Shown here: positions 45,601 through 61,829 of the stretch, one piece after another
Numbering within the stretch: the stretch's first letter is position 1
How the letters are laid out: the number at the start of each line of letters is the position of its first letter
Source of the DNA: Trichoplax adhaerens
Lineage: Eukaryota; Animalia; Placozoa
DNA: 64,000 nucleotides
NCBI RefSeq assembly: GCF_000150275.1
Contig: NW_002060946.1
Location: forward strand, 4,359,454 to 4,423,453
Direction of reading: 5' to 3'
Made by a program: the position numbers and the translations under genes
The notes under the pieces: generated by a model
The model's database searches: none
The model's input: only the letters and a program-made list of their open reading frames with translations
Told to the model about the DNA's origin: nothing

Positions 45601-48600
45601 AGTTTTAGTTCTGAAAGTAGTGATTCTTACCATGTCTTTGCTTGAGAGCATGTTCTATTCGACGGATATTTACGTTGAGCTCTTGGACTACTATTAAAAT
45701 ATAAATGTAAATTAGTTATATTGATTAAATATTAATAAGGAATTTTACAATAATACTCAAAGTTTCCTCAATATTGAATGCTACACAGGACCATAATAGA
45801 TATTGTGAGTGTACTTTAAGTAATTAACTAAAATACAATTATACTAAGGTAATAATAAATGAAAATATACTAATATAAATGTCAAATGTCAACTACTGTG
45901 TTAAGTATGAGATAGAACTAGTAAGTTGAGATGCTCTTATATGCAAGTACCTATACCAATTAAAATAATGAATACTATAAATTACGCGTCTATTCTCTGC
46001 TTGTATTGCTTTGTTTACTATTGCAATCTCATTATTATTACAACTGTATTAAAATCGAGAAATATTCTAGATTTATGTGTATGCTATAGTATAATGGCCC
46101 ATCTTTCTAGAATAATTTAGCGTACTCCAATAAATTCATTCTATTCACGATTTATTTATTAAATCCTTTCGGAAACGAAATCGATGCAACAACTTTAGAG
46201 TCGATGACTTTGATTCTACACTCATATTACGGTTTTTAAAATTAAGTGATTAATTCTTACTTTGTTATTTTTTCAAACGGTGATTTTCGATTTATTTTAC
46301 CACTAGGAGAAGTATCGTATTCTTTATCTTTATCAGAATAGTCATCTTCACTATTATTAGGAGTAACACTTGATCTGTCTTGTCCATCTTCCGATATGAT
46401 ATCAATTATGTCATCGGTATGACTCTGAGGTTGCTCTTTACTTTCTTCATTACCATTCTGATCTTGCTGTTCTCTTAATGAGGCATATAAGGCTCGTTTC
46501 AAAGCAATTTCTTCTGCTCTAATTAAGCCATAATCGTCGTTCTATTATGTTAACAAAAAAATATTTTAGAAGGATCATTTATTGCTACTTCAATCCGCAT
46601 TTTATTAGATCAAACAGTGCTATTGACATTAGTGCATCAAATTAGAAAAATTTAGGACAAATGTCTACAATAAAAAATTCAATTAAAATCAACTGTTGCA
46701 TTAGAAATAAATTACATATAATTAAGTTTATATAAAGAAATAGGCAAGATTGGAGTCAACTGAAATATAATCAAGAGTAGAACTGTATGATAATGAACTA
46801 TTGACGAATGGCCAATTGATCATGCTAAACAATTACTACTGTACTATTCCCTATACCTGCTCTACTAGGCTATGGAATACAGTCAGCAAACAGCCAATTT
46901 GTACAGAATTGGCATTTACAGTTTTCTCTTCTCAATATATTAGCTCAAGGAATAAAGACACTTTATTAAAGTTATCTAGTATTTCAGAAATAAATCAGCT
47001 CTAATCGAGTTTACGTGAATCTTTAAGAGTGCAATACTTGAAGTATGCGAAGCGATGTGGTCGAGAGTAGCAATTACATTTTCATTTTATTCAATTTACC
47101 GTGAACTTTAGAAGTACATCGAATTTAATGGAGTTTGTAGTTAAATAAATATGCAAGAATGCAAGCAGTTAACGCAAAGTCACCAAGAATAGAAGTTGTG
47201 TTTCAAACTTGACGCAATCTACGTAATACTTGAGAAGTGAAACAGATTTTCATCCAGTTCGTTTAAGTAAATATACAAGATTGCAAACAGCTAATGCTGT
47301 GCAGTCAAGAATAGAAACCATGCACTGTGTTAATTTTACTCAATTTATCCTGCGATTTAGAAGGTAAGCGACTTTAATCGAGTTTATGTAAATAAATACG
47401 CAAAGTTTGAAGTATTTAATGCAATGTAATCAAGAGTAGAACCGTATTTTAACCTTACTAAATCTGCCTTGAACTTTAAAGGTAAAATCAACTTTAATCG
47501 AGTTCGTATGCAAATAAGCACCGCAGGATTACATGCAGCTAATGCAATATGGTTAAGACTGGAAACAGGTTTTTTATAAAAGCTATACCCAATCTATTAA
47601 TGCAATATAATCTTGAATAGAAATAATAATTTAAACTTTATCTGCTCTGCCCTTTAGAAGTAAAACCGATTTTCACCTTGTTCGCTTAAATAAATATGCA
47701 AGACCTTAAGTATCCAATGTAATATAATCTAGAATAGAAATAGTATTTGAAACCCAATTTGCCCTGCACTTTTAGGAGTAAGACCAACTTTGATTTTGTT
47801 GACTTAAATAAACATGCAAGATTGGATTAATGCGATGCAGTTAATCTAAAATAGAAATAGTATTTTAAACTCAGTTTACTCTATAGTTTAGAAGTAAAAG
47901 CAACTTTCATCTTGTTCGCTTTAATAAATTTACAAGATCTGAAGTATTCAGAGTAATATAATCTAGAATAGAAAAAATATTTTTAAACTCAATCTATTCT
48001 GATTTTAGGAGTAAAAGCGATTTTCATCTTGTTCGCATGAATAAATATGTAATATCTGAAGTATTCAACGCAATGTAATCTAAAATAGAAATAGTATTTT
48101 AAATTTAATCTGCCCTACACTTTTAAGAGTAAAGCTGACTGTCATCTTATTCGCTTAAATAAATATGCAAGATCGGACGGATTCAATGTTATGTAATCCA
48201 GAATAGGAATAGTATTTTGAACTCAATCTACTCAACACCTTTTAGGAGTAAAACCGACTTTCATCTTGTTCGCTTAAATAAATAGGCAAGATCTGAAGTG
48301 TTCAATGCGATGTCATCTAGATTAGAAATAGCATTTTAAACTAAGTGTCTACCTTGTGTTTTAGTAAACTTTTGGTTAATTTATTGATAATAAGATACAA
48401 TTGCTATCGTACCACTCCTAAAAGTTTCTACAAGACTATAAACCGTAAATTGTCTATGGTACAAAAGAGCATGAAATAGCCATTTTCTCTATCACTGTAA
48501 TATGCAGATTAAAAGGTCAATGCCTGTCAACAGAGTAAAATAGCCTTGGGAAGAATACTCTTTTCTATCTTGAGAGAGGAAATAAGACTAGAATGAATTA

Positions 48601-51379
48601 CGAGTGTCAATTTTGACTATTTTCTGCTTATTATAGCTTAATTTAAAGGCTTGGATATCAATACTGTCTTGGTATTTCCATTCAATTGAGCGTCGATAAT
48701 AGAGTTCTATCACAGGTATTGTAGTCATGGCTGAGTTTAGAAAATAACAGTGGACGAAACACTATATAGAAACTATATTACAGGCACCTAATACAAACAG
48801 TAAACTAGACTCAGTATGCAAAAACGTTAAATCTTCAATCCTTTTTTATAATTTGTTAAGAAAGAAAGAAAGAAAATGCAAAAGATGACAATGAAGAAAG
48901 GGAAAAATGCCTAAGATCAAGCTATTAATTTATGCTGCTGCCTTATTCTAGAGATATTTCTACTATAGTCTATAGTTTCAATATTAAATTTCATACTATA
49001 AGATTCGAACAATTTCAATCGGAATATTGATTAATATCGTACTTCAAATCTCACAACTTTTTACAGCGTCGTTGATTAGCATCATTAGGATATTTAATTG
49101 TTAATGTACGAGTATATAGAATTCCATATATACAGTATTTGCTCTCTCTATAGTACGGCAAAAGAGTCCAATTCTAAATCATTCTGTAGTCTCGGAAATC
49201 TTACTTCGAAATTGCTACTTGTCATCGAATCATACATAAGATGATAGAAAGGTTTATCGCTAATAAAAATATGTTGCAATTATCATTCCTGTTTGTACTC
49301 GTATGATACCTGTGCTAGAGCATGGGGTACTTGAAGAAGACCTTCTAGGATTCTTCTAGTAGCCCATGGTTAGAGGCATACCTATATCAGGGACTATTTT
49401 CTATAGATTATTATTTTATCGCACGCTTCAAGATGTAGATAAATTAAAAGTAACCTCATTTGTTAGCCATATCCATGCTGTATAAATCATCAATCCATCA
49501 ACTAGCTTTCATCATGAATAGGACAGAATAGTTAATGAACTTACTAGTCTATATTACTCAAATCGACATGGAGAAGACTAATTCTAAGCTAGAATAATAA
49601 TAATATTAACAGTAATAATACAGTATTGCTGATATCACTAAAATTAAATAAAAACAAGCAACCAACCAATGACATAATGTCTGTTATGATCTACTTCCAC
49701 TCTTGAGACTTGGCTAAAATCTATAGTAAGATGTGTTGTAAATAGTTATGCATCGCTTCCTTTCTCTCTCTATGCTCATTAGTCAACCGATTCTTCCGTT
49801 ATTACGACGGTTTGTGTATTGGACTGCAGTAATAACAATTGGTTACAGATAGAGCGTTTTTGCTTATTCTTAAGTAAATCATCATAATCGTTATTTATCT
49901 CATTCCTGATAAAAGAGTCGGGCATTGATGGGGGCAAAAAGTCATCAATCCATCAATGCCAAATGACTGACTGATTCACGTATACTTCCAATATAACATT
50001 TGTATAGTATATTTATTGTATTAACCATTAGAAAATAATAAAAATAAATTTGTTGTAGACGATCAAATAAGAATTTTGTCATGACAAGGATAATGGCACT
50101 AACAACAAAAAGAGGAGAATTGATTACTCTTACACTTTCGAAACAGCAATCAAGGCATCGATAAGAGTGATACTGGTGATATGAGCTTATATAATTCAAG
50201 CTAATCTACCTATCGTTGTGAGCGATGATAACAAGCAGCCTTTACATGGATAGATTGGCAGAGACAACAAAAATTTGTAGGATCTAAACAAGGCCATCAT
50301 TGAAGTCATGGCTTGTAAATTTGCTGAAAGTTCCGTGATAAATCTATCTCCAGTCTAGAGTAATTCTACAGTATATGATACTGTCTGGCAAATGAGATGT
50401 TCAATATACTAGAATCCTACAGATGTTTAACATTGCCATGGATAGAACACTAACTAACATTTCAACTGTGAATGATGTATCCTACATTTCCTCTACTAAT
50501 TAAAATAACTCATTATTAACATTGACTCCCTGTCGATTAGGTAAAAAGGACTTTTTCCCCTTCTATATGATACGACAATATAGTAGTGGCATACCTTTCA
50601 TTATTTCGATATCAATAGTCTTTTCGTCGTAACTATTGCACAATAATAAATCATGCTACAATCAATTACATTACTATCCTCATGATTCCTATAACATGGA
50701 TAGCCTACATCGCAGCCAAACTATCAAGTCAATATCTTCTTCTTGTCGATTAAGTAAATGCTTCTTTCTCTTCCGCATCATTCAAGAATGCACGACTACT
50801 GGCACTTTATATCCACATCCTTGATCCTTTCATCACCCACATGGCACAACAATAAATCATGCTATGCATTAGGTATGCAGTATGAATTATTTTCCTACCC
50901 TATAATTTCCACAACAGGAGCAATTTCCATCCCAGTAAAACTACAGTGCTGTACACAGTCAATATCAGCTCGTTGTCCATTCGATCGATGCTTCTTTTCT
51001 CAATAATAATTCGATAATTCTCGACGACTATTTAAAATAATTTCTACGCCTCTATTCCTTTCATTACAACTATTGGCACAAGCATAAATGATGCTATCAG
51101 TTGCATTACTACCCTTATAACGCTCATCATATGGGCAACTTATATCCCAGTAGTACCATCAAATAAAAACGACGATAGTAGTTACAAAAATGATTGATGG
51201 AATACAAATAAAAACATGCTCCAACGCGTAGACCAAATTAGGATATTGCCATTCATTTATTCCCTCAACTTTACTCCTTATTTAGCTATATTTTTTTTCC
51301 ATCTACAACAACTAAGTAATAACATCACTCTACTTACCGCCCGTCTAGGTGCAATTTGTCTTGAAGAGCGACGTTTCAT
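39616..51379 (-). CDS. JARID2: Jumonji/ARID domain protein 2 (PRC2.2 cofactor): UIM, JmjN, ARID, inactive JmjC, C5HC2-like finger
   Basis: Exons 1-2 read MKRRSSRQIAPRRA|NDDYGLIRAEEIALKRALYASLRE and exon 3 reads SPRAQRKY. JmjN is EAPTFKPSKEEFSDPANFL..YGICKITPP. An ARID region follows (LGGIDIDLPRL..LGGLQQV..KWNKVCEAL). JmjC reads PRLNIGMLYSSTPWSFSE..NYCHTGSPRIWY..NCGYNCSEEVQFATTNW. Cys cluster CGRCEKIICLS. Stop at 39616. Confidence 0.88.
46735..48365. repeat. Diverged tandem array of a ~118-123-bp unit (about 11-12 copies) in JARID2 intron 1
   Basis: The anchor AAATAAATATGCAAGAT..AAGTATT.AATGCAAT.TAATC.AGAATAGAA recurs at about 47143, 47265, 47390, 47512, 47688, 47806, 47923, 48039, 48157 and 48276, with degenerate copies at about 46738 and 47020. 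Confidence 0.9.
50630..51165. repeat. Three diverged copies of a ~200-230-bp unit in JARID2 intron 1
   Basis: GCACAA..ATAAAT.ATGCTA recurs at about 50637, 50843 and 51076. AGTCAATATC...ATGCTTCTTT recurs at about 50727 and 50957. Confidence 0.65.
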
Positions 51380-52045
51380 CTCGTTCAAACGATGAGCTAA
51401 ATCCAACCAATAAATAAAATAAAAATTGTCTCGATTGGAAATTTAAAACTTGGCTTAAACAAGAGGTAAACACTAGGGCCTGGCGATTCGACAGATTCCT
51501 AGTAAAACTATGATAAAAATACGATCAAATTACGCTTGCGCAGTGTGAACTATATCGGAAAGCAGGTGTGAACTTGCTATTGTTTGGAAAACGTTATCTA
51601 GATTATCTAGATCGCTTACTGTAACAAGTCATGCTACTGTAAACAGAGTGATTATAATAGGTGTACAATATAGATGGTTGGAATACTGAGTTGTTCTCAT
51701 ACTACGGGTAGTCGCTATTGGTATTGTTTGTGCATTTCTGTTAGTAGAGTATTGAAGAATAAAAGGAAGACACAATAGAATCTACAGTACTGTACTGTAC
51801 AGTAGAGTGATAAGTACGGTGAATAGACACGTAGAAGTACTGTATCGGACAAGCGGACAGACGCAACAGTCCCTGGCAATTTGGAGCTCATTCACAGCTG
51901 AGGTCCTTCCAAGGCAGCAGTGGATGCCATGCAGGAGACATTATTTTAAATTGGTAATGCCAATTGAATCGTAGCTATACTACTACAAATGAGATAATAA
52001 TTTAATAGCAATTAGTAACACCTGCAGGGCAACTGAAAGACAGTC

Positions 52046-54014
<1,969 letters not shown>

Positions 54015-54420
54015 AGAACTAATTGCAGCAGTTGTCAAATTTATATGATGTATCTTTAATTCCTTTATTAACATAAAGAGTGCTTGAAAGCGTTGCAACT
54101 ATTAATGATTTTCTTAGATCTCTGATGATCAACAGCCTTTATTATTCTGTCTTTAATGCCAAATACAGATATGTGTATACAGAGATCTAAATATCGGGCA
54201 ACCTTATAAAATAGATCGATTGTAAACTACGTCTAAAAACTTGATACCAATATCTCTTATATTGTAAGGTTTAAGCAATTTCGTTATCATAATCCTATAA
54301 TCAGGCAAATCCTGTATCTTTTAAGCTACAGATCATAAGCAAAACGTACTGCATTGCTTTCTAACTATAGCAGTCGAACAAATTACAAATTCTGTGGAAC
54401 TACAAAGTTCACGTATTCAT

Positions 54421-57400
54421 TTATTTAAAATTAAATTTTATCTTGACCAAGTATTTCATCTTGACCTACGGAATACGTATCAGTGCATTAGTAACATGAA
54501 ACACAATGCATTTATTTCATCTACTAACATGATAGTAATATCTATTTGAGCCCCCATTTTTCATATGACAATAATTAATACGTTATAAACTAAATAAGTG
54601 CAAAGATTCTACTGCATTAATACCAACCTGATTTGTGTTGTAGACAACGTATTCTAAAATAAGAAAAGTATGGTCATTACAATCCAAAATAAAGACATAA
54701 AGAGTAAGCAAATGTATCAGAAAATACGTATTTATCTTACCATTATAGTTGAGTGTGTAACCGCCAGGATTGTTAACACCAGTATTCATAACTTTACCAA
54801 GAGGAACAACTACTCCATTAGACCTTTATTAACCAAGCAATCAGAATTAAGTTTATGCAACATAAATGCGACTGACGAAGTACGGTATTGAATATACGAC
54901 TACGAGTAATAATTATCGAATTATGCTTCAGCCCGTTTTACAAGCCACAAAAACAAATCTATTCTTGACATACAGTGTTGTATTAGAAGTGGTATTAGGA
55001 GCGCTTCGTCCTAGTCCTTTTGTACTATGATAGCCTACGGGTAATTGATCAGCATCATAGTCTGCCGCTAGTAGTTCCCTAGATTTACCCAGTGAAACCT
55101 ACCGTTACAATTAGTAGTTAGTATTAAGGACAGCCGATTGAAATAACGCTAATTAAAACAACAAAAATGATCGCTAACACAGTAGATAACTTACGTCACA
55201 TAGCAAAACTAAGCCAACATCATTACTTCTTGTTGCGAAACAGTAATTTGCACTTTTTGAAGAAATATCGGCAAAGTATATACCCTTCCCGAACTAACAT
55301 TGTAGATATCGTAGAAACAGATCACACAATTTAATACTATTATCAAGATAATAAGGACATCTATTTTACTAAATTACGAATTATACCATATAACCAGTGC
55401 TAGGAGCATCAGGTGGTGCAATTCGGAGGCCTTTAGTAAGAATACCTATCCAGTTCGCTAGCCGAGATCCATGCCAAAGAAGCATCCTATCACGTATCAA
55501 TAAGAAATAACATATACAGGCTTATCAAAGCTGCCTTACAATGATATATCTCAGTCAATAAATGTCGAGTAGAAATATTGGATAATACCTATTATCTGAA
55601 TCTTTAAAGTTTTCTTCTTCCTTATCTTTATCGAGTTCGTAGATATCCAAGATACTCATAGTATATCCATTGTGCGTTTTTGCATGAGTTATTTGCAAAT
55701 ATTTATCAATTATCTACATTCGTTAAAAAATTATCGTAGGTATTGGCTCAAATTAAAGAGGTAAAAGTACCTTCATTGATCATAGACCAAAAACGCAATA
55801 GGCGACAACTTAAAAATGACAAACCTTATAGGTATCATTATTCTTATCCATGCTCTTAATTTCGCATTTCAAAGATTTATATAACTTATACATAGGGTCC
55901 TCATCCTGGCTTTTATCATTTATAGTCTTTAGAGCAACTTCTATATCTGCTAAAGTCTGCATAAAAGTGAATCAGATAGCACAAATTTAAAGTAATATCG
56001 CGCAGATATTCGATAATAAAAATAAGTATTAGGCGAAAATTCTACTTATGGAAGAGTTAGAATAGTTAGAATTGATTTAAAATTAGCTATCGCGCGAACG
56101 TAAGGACAAAATTTTTTACTTATATGACAAGTTACATTAAGAAGGTCCAGTTTCATCTTGGCTTCAGCTTTGGTTCTAATGACAGGTGGTGTTCGCATTC
56201 TAAAGAATAATGCAGGAAATACGTAATAAAAATACCAATTACATGAATGTTTAGTATTTAATGTCAATAAAAAAGACAGAGCATCAGATGTGGACTCAAA
56301 AAGGGCCTATCGTACCCAAAGTTATGAGGTATTCTGGTATAAAAACGATTACAGGCTTGCACTAGATTTTTTCCAGTATCATTGTTATTGATACAATCTA
56401 ATATATCTCGAACAGCTTGATATCCCGCCTGAATTTGTTCCTTGCTTAATTTGCCTTTAGTGCAATGTCATTGGAAATCAGGCAAAATTGATATTACCAA
56501 AATTAATACAATAAAATCTCATTGCTTACCAAGAGGGGACTTTTTAATATCGTATTTCATTTCCATGACAACCTCTTCCATTTTCTGGACATTACCAATC
56601 AGCTCCAATAGTGACTAATAAAGACAAGCACTATTGCTTTATCAGTCATTTGAAATAAAACAAAAAACTTTCTTACCTGAATTGATTTCTCTAATTTTGA
56701 CTGTTGTTGAGAACTTGCAGCACTAGAAGAAGTCTGAGATGGACTCTCTTCTACATTTTCTGCATCCTATTACGAAAGGAAGATGTTAATAGTTTGAATA
56801 AGATAACTATTAAAATTTGGAATTTCGATCAACTCCTATACAAAAGGAAAAACTACATTGAAAAAAGGTACGTACATTTCCTGAGTAATCAATTGCTACA
56901 AGGTCATACTTTCCACGAACTTTCTCGAAGTTTTCTCTATCGCTCCAGTTATTCCTTGTCTTATCCGAAAACCTGAATATTATCACAGTTGTATTAATTC
57001 TAACAACAGGAGTAGGTGTGCGTGTATTACAATTAACTACTTACTTTTGCTCAAAAATCGACTTAGCTTTATCCAAATCACTACCGCACGCAAAAGTCGA
57101 GCTATGTCCTTTCTTTCCAACTATACACAAATATATTTGTTGATAAGATTTTAGAAAAATTTACTTAATTTCTTAACAAATATTTTAACCATAACAGTTT
57201 TCTGTATTTAAATCTGAGCATGATTCGTAAATAGTTACCTCTACCCCATCTTGTCCAAACATGAAAATGCTTTGCATTATCATCTTCCAGCAATTGTATA
57301 GCGTAATATTTATTATTATTAAATTCGATATTGGTTTGATTCAGCATAACATTATATATATCATCATCTTCTACATAAACATGACATGACGATTTAAGGC

Positions 57401-60400
57401 TACATTCAGGATCAACGGGTGCTTTTCCTTTCTTTATAATAGTTTGCACAGAGCTAATATTATCTACAAAGTTAAAACCAGTATATTTTATTAAAACAGG
57501 TAAAATTTTTGTAGAATCATTCTAAAGGTAAAGTAATCTAAACTGTACATAGAAGGAATTGACTTTGCAGAATCGACAATTCACTATATACTACGTATTA
57601 GATCAGTTGATGAAATATCACTCGACACCCGAAATCTGTCATAATATATCAGCTACTTGATAAATTCTTTGCAAGTATTTGATAACTAATACATAATTCA
57701 ATTTACATCGTTAGTAATAGAAAAGTAGCTCTTTTCCTATATAAAAACATTTTATAAGTCTACACTTACTTCACGGTATTTGTATTACCTGTAGCGTCAG
57801 TTTTCACATTATTGGTAGAACTCTTGGCTTTTACTTTTGTTACATTCTCATTATTGGAAGATTCTGAAGAACTTGCAGTCTCATCTCCTTCCTGTATGTT
57901 ATCAGATACTGAATCTGTTGTTGCAGCTGTATTCGATGCAGCAGCGTTATTGCTACTACTAGCACCTAAATAAACCGTAAGAATGCAATATTTTTATTTT
58001 CTAACTAGGGTAAACACTATGAGAAGTCGAAATTACGATGACCATCTGCGCTATACTTGATGTGATTATAGGTATGGCAATTGCTGTAACACTTTGATTG
58101 CGTAAAATTTGGACGAGAAGTACAGTGTATTACGATCCCTTTCATTCAAGGACTCAAGCAATAACCATCTAACTCGCTGTACAGTATCTCTAAAAATATG
58201 CTACTTTGAATTAAACTGTATTCTTTGAGCGCGTAGGTACATTTCGTTGACGTACGAATCTATTCCTACTACTAATAGCATCGATACGTTCAATATATAC
58301 TACATATCCATAAAATACCTACCAGAGTTTGATTGATATTCAGTTCTCTTTATTTTACGAGAGTGACCACTACGCACATTGACTTGCTTTAGGCGTTTAA
58401 AGTGGATCGTATAGTTAGTACCGTTGATATTTAATTCAGTCATGCTTTCATTGTAAATGTGACAGGCTTCTAAATAGCGACTGCATTCACTGTCATATTC
58501 AACGGTTGTACCATCATCTCCAATCCATTCCCATTTATATGCTAATATGGGAAAAATAAGCAGTAATTTAAAATTGTTACAAATCCTAAATACCGCATAA
58601 TACTTTGCATACTAATTGATGCGCGATCGACAAGTTGCTATCCCAGATGACAAAAATAAGATCAGGTGGAGTTACAGTGCTACAGCATCTATACGCTTGT
58701 ACCAGTAAGTTGATTTAAAGTATATAACATTAATCATAATTATTGCATAAATATTATGCCGTATTGTATTTGATAAGAGCAGACGGTACCGTATCAAAAT
58801 CTATTTAAGCAAAAATATCTTTGGCGATAAGGAGTATAAAACTTATTCATTTAAACTGACTATCGTACACGCTATAAGATAATCTGATTAAAGATAACTA
58901 ACTGTAATCAGAGCCAAACTTTTGACATCTCACGGAACGTTCTCTTCCTGTTGTCTTATTTCTTTGAACCATTCTGGAAAAGATTATAACAGGTTTGGCA
59001 ACAGGACTTATGTTAAGCTGTACTTCCGATTTAGATTTGCTAAATGCATTGTCGATCTCCACACAACAATCATCGGAAAAATTTTGCCATTTGCCTCCAT
59101 CATCTTCCCATTGCCATATTACTTCTCCAGCAGAAATTTTAGGACGTTTTGATGCTGAATTACTTCTTGTAACTAAATTTGCATGAAAAAATATCAATAT
59201 ATGTATTAGAACTGAGTAGTAAAATAATAATCCAATTCTATTATGTACATTATAATACATACGTATATACTATACCCAATTGATGCCTTTTCGTGTGTTT
59301 AAGTAGCATACAAAAAGCATATATCTACTATGATACACAGGTAATTATAGGATATATTTTTGTACGTTCTTCATAAGGTATTACTTGTAATATGATTTGC
59401 TATAGCCAATTCAACCCTCCCTTTATAGTATAAATCTACGGATTGATGATTAAGCCTAGAGAGTTAACTTGCTACACGTGAAAATTGCAAAATCATAGTA
59501 TACGAGTAGATATAATTGGTGACGAATCATATCGAAATTCAGAAATCTATTAGTACAATAAAAATATTTCTATTCTTTCTTTTGGTAATACTTTGTTGTG
59601 TTAACCAATGTAAAGGATAATCGTCAAATAACAAGCATGATAAATATAATTTTGAGTATCAAAATGGCACCCGCTAATTGTTTCTTATTACAATATACTG
59701 TAATCTATATAATTATTACTATACTTATGAATTCATGAGTATACTGTAGTACCAGCACAATTCAAAAGCATCTTTTATTGTTAATCAATGAGATAACTTT
59801 ACGATAGCTATATCAGCAGTGTTATGTTTGCTAGTAATAAGTAGAATAATCATAAATTGATTTAAAAGAAACTAACTATACTATACTGTAGGATCCGGTA
59901 AAATTTGCGCAGGAATTAAAAGTTAAACATTTAACCGGTCATTTCCATGCAGAGAACAGCAATACTGAATTAACTTCATATTTGCAATTGCATTTATCTT
60001 TCTATTTATAATGATTATGATTTAATATCTTTCAAATTTTACAATCTATGCCGATGAAAGCTATATCATTCGAATTACCATCGACCAAGAGCATCCGATA
60101 CAAAAGTAGCTTAATTCAGTTTGTGACTGTCTTGAACACGATTTAACGCCTTGGCAATGGTATTGCCGTTGTTGCCATGAAGCACCAATATAGCATACGA
60201 TATGGTACCAATTTATAATACATTCGCTTACGATGATGTTAATTATACTAATTATCTATCACAATTTATAAATTTTTTTTCGCCATTTTTCTTGTAGTAG
60301 ATTTGCACCATTTTAATTCCTTCAACCATTTTATAATTATAATATTAACAGACTTGTGCTAGTAAACAATGATGTTGTGAATGGTAGGCGAAATAGTTAG

Positions 60401-61378
60401 GCTTCAATAAACGACCGAAATACATTGTTCTCATTAGTTTATCTTACCCTACTGACTGACATTACTGCAGGTTTATATAGCATTTGCGTAATGATGGCAC
60501 TTATGTTTTATTTCCATCTAAGTATATTGCGAGTATTTGCAACATTATGATTTATTGTCAATTGAGTGGTGATGGCTAGCGTCGTATTATTATTGGGTTT
60601 TCATCTGAACTACATTCCACGTCTGCAATACTGCAATTTTATTAGTAATTGAGAAGGATAGTTAACGGTTAGTTTGTAAGTTGATGGTTAAAAAAGATTA
60701 CAGTCAGTGAAAATGATGAGAATGTCAGTTTAGTTTCATCTTCTTGTTATAAAGTTATCTTTATTATCATATAGTACACTAGATTACATCGCAACGTAGT
60801 ACCAAGTGATGCCTTGCGCTATAATACGTATACAGTAGTCGAAGGAGATGATTTGCCAGATGGAAGATGTTTTGATTAGCACTAATCTATAACTTGATAT
60901 TATATATTTAATGCTTAGACACACACGCAGGTGATTGATTAGAATAGTGATGAATACTACATAAAGTGCCTGTAGAAATTTCATGTTGTACAATTTCGTA
61001 TATTACCATATCTCAACATAAAGTGCCTGTAGAAATTTCATGTTGTACCATTTCGTATATTACCATATCTCAAATCCAGTGTACTATATAGTAGGACAGA
61101 AAGATGTTCTATATCATTTAGGATACACTTTAAGACAAGACACTATCAAGGTTGGAGGTTTTTGTTGATGAAATCCCACTTATGATAGGATAAAGAAGTT
61201 GCAATCAGTTAGAGCTGTACTGTAGTAGAGCATCGATCAAAGGTTGGCTACTGCTGTACTGTACAGAATATAAGAATGATGCATGTGTACTCTAGTCAAA
61301 ATAGTCAGTATTCAATCTCATAAGCAAAAGTAGATCCGTATTTTTAACTACATTACCTATCTTTCTTCTACTCTGCAT
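54421..61378 (-). CDS. PARP2: PARP2-like poly(ADP-ribose) polymerase with two N-terminal WWE domains, WGR, regulatory and catalytic domains
   Basis: Start exon MQSRRKI (ATG 61376-61378) splices in phase to WWE1 ([30 protein letters not shown]) and WWE2 ([25 protein letters not shown]). WGR reads [32 protein letters not shown]. The catalytic H-Y-E triad is intact (LLWHGSR; [12 protein letters not shown]; YNEYVVY). Stop at 54421. Confidence 0.9.
60959..61072. repeat. 57-bp direct tandem duplication (1 mismatch) in the first coding intron of the PARP2-like gene
   Basis: ACATAAAGTGCCTGTAGAAATTTCATGTTGTAC[A/C]ATTTCGTATATTACCATATCTCA occurs twice. Confidence 0.95.
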
Positions 61379-61829
61379 GATGTTGTACCAAGTTGCACCT
61401 ACAGGTGAGATAGCATGTTATCAACTTGTTCTCGCAAACTATCCTTCAACCTGTACGAACTAGTTTGATATCCATTAAATGAAATTCTTGAAAATAAACC
61501 TTACCAATTAGAATGAGTCCCTAACGAAATTGTTGATGGATAGAGCCAAAGATGAAATTGAAAAGCTAATTTCTCCGCTTATTCCTATTAATTTGAGCTC
61601 ATTGAGAGGACAGCAAGCTCAGTATATCCTCGTGCAGCTGCTCAGGTACCCGTAGTCGAGCAGATAGTAAATATAAATACTGTATATAGCTTACTATATA
61701 CAACGGAGGGAGTGTCATCCCTGACGTACGTCACCCTATCTATAATAAGATAGCCAAGACCAAGGTGACGTACATGCGTGGAATGCCATTGAAGCCAGAG
61801 GACAAGTTGGTACACGCCAGTGAGCATGC

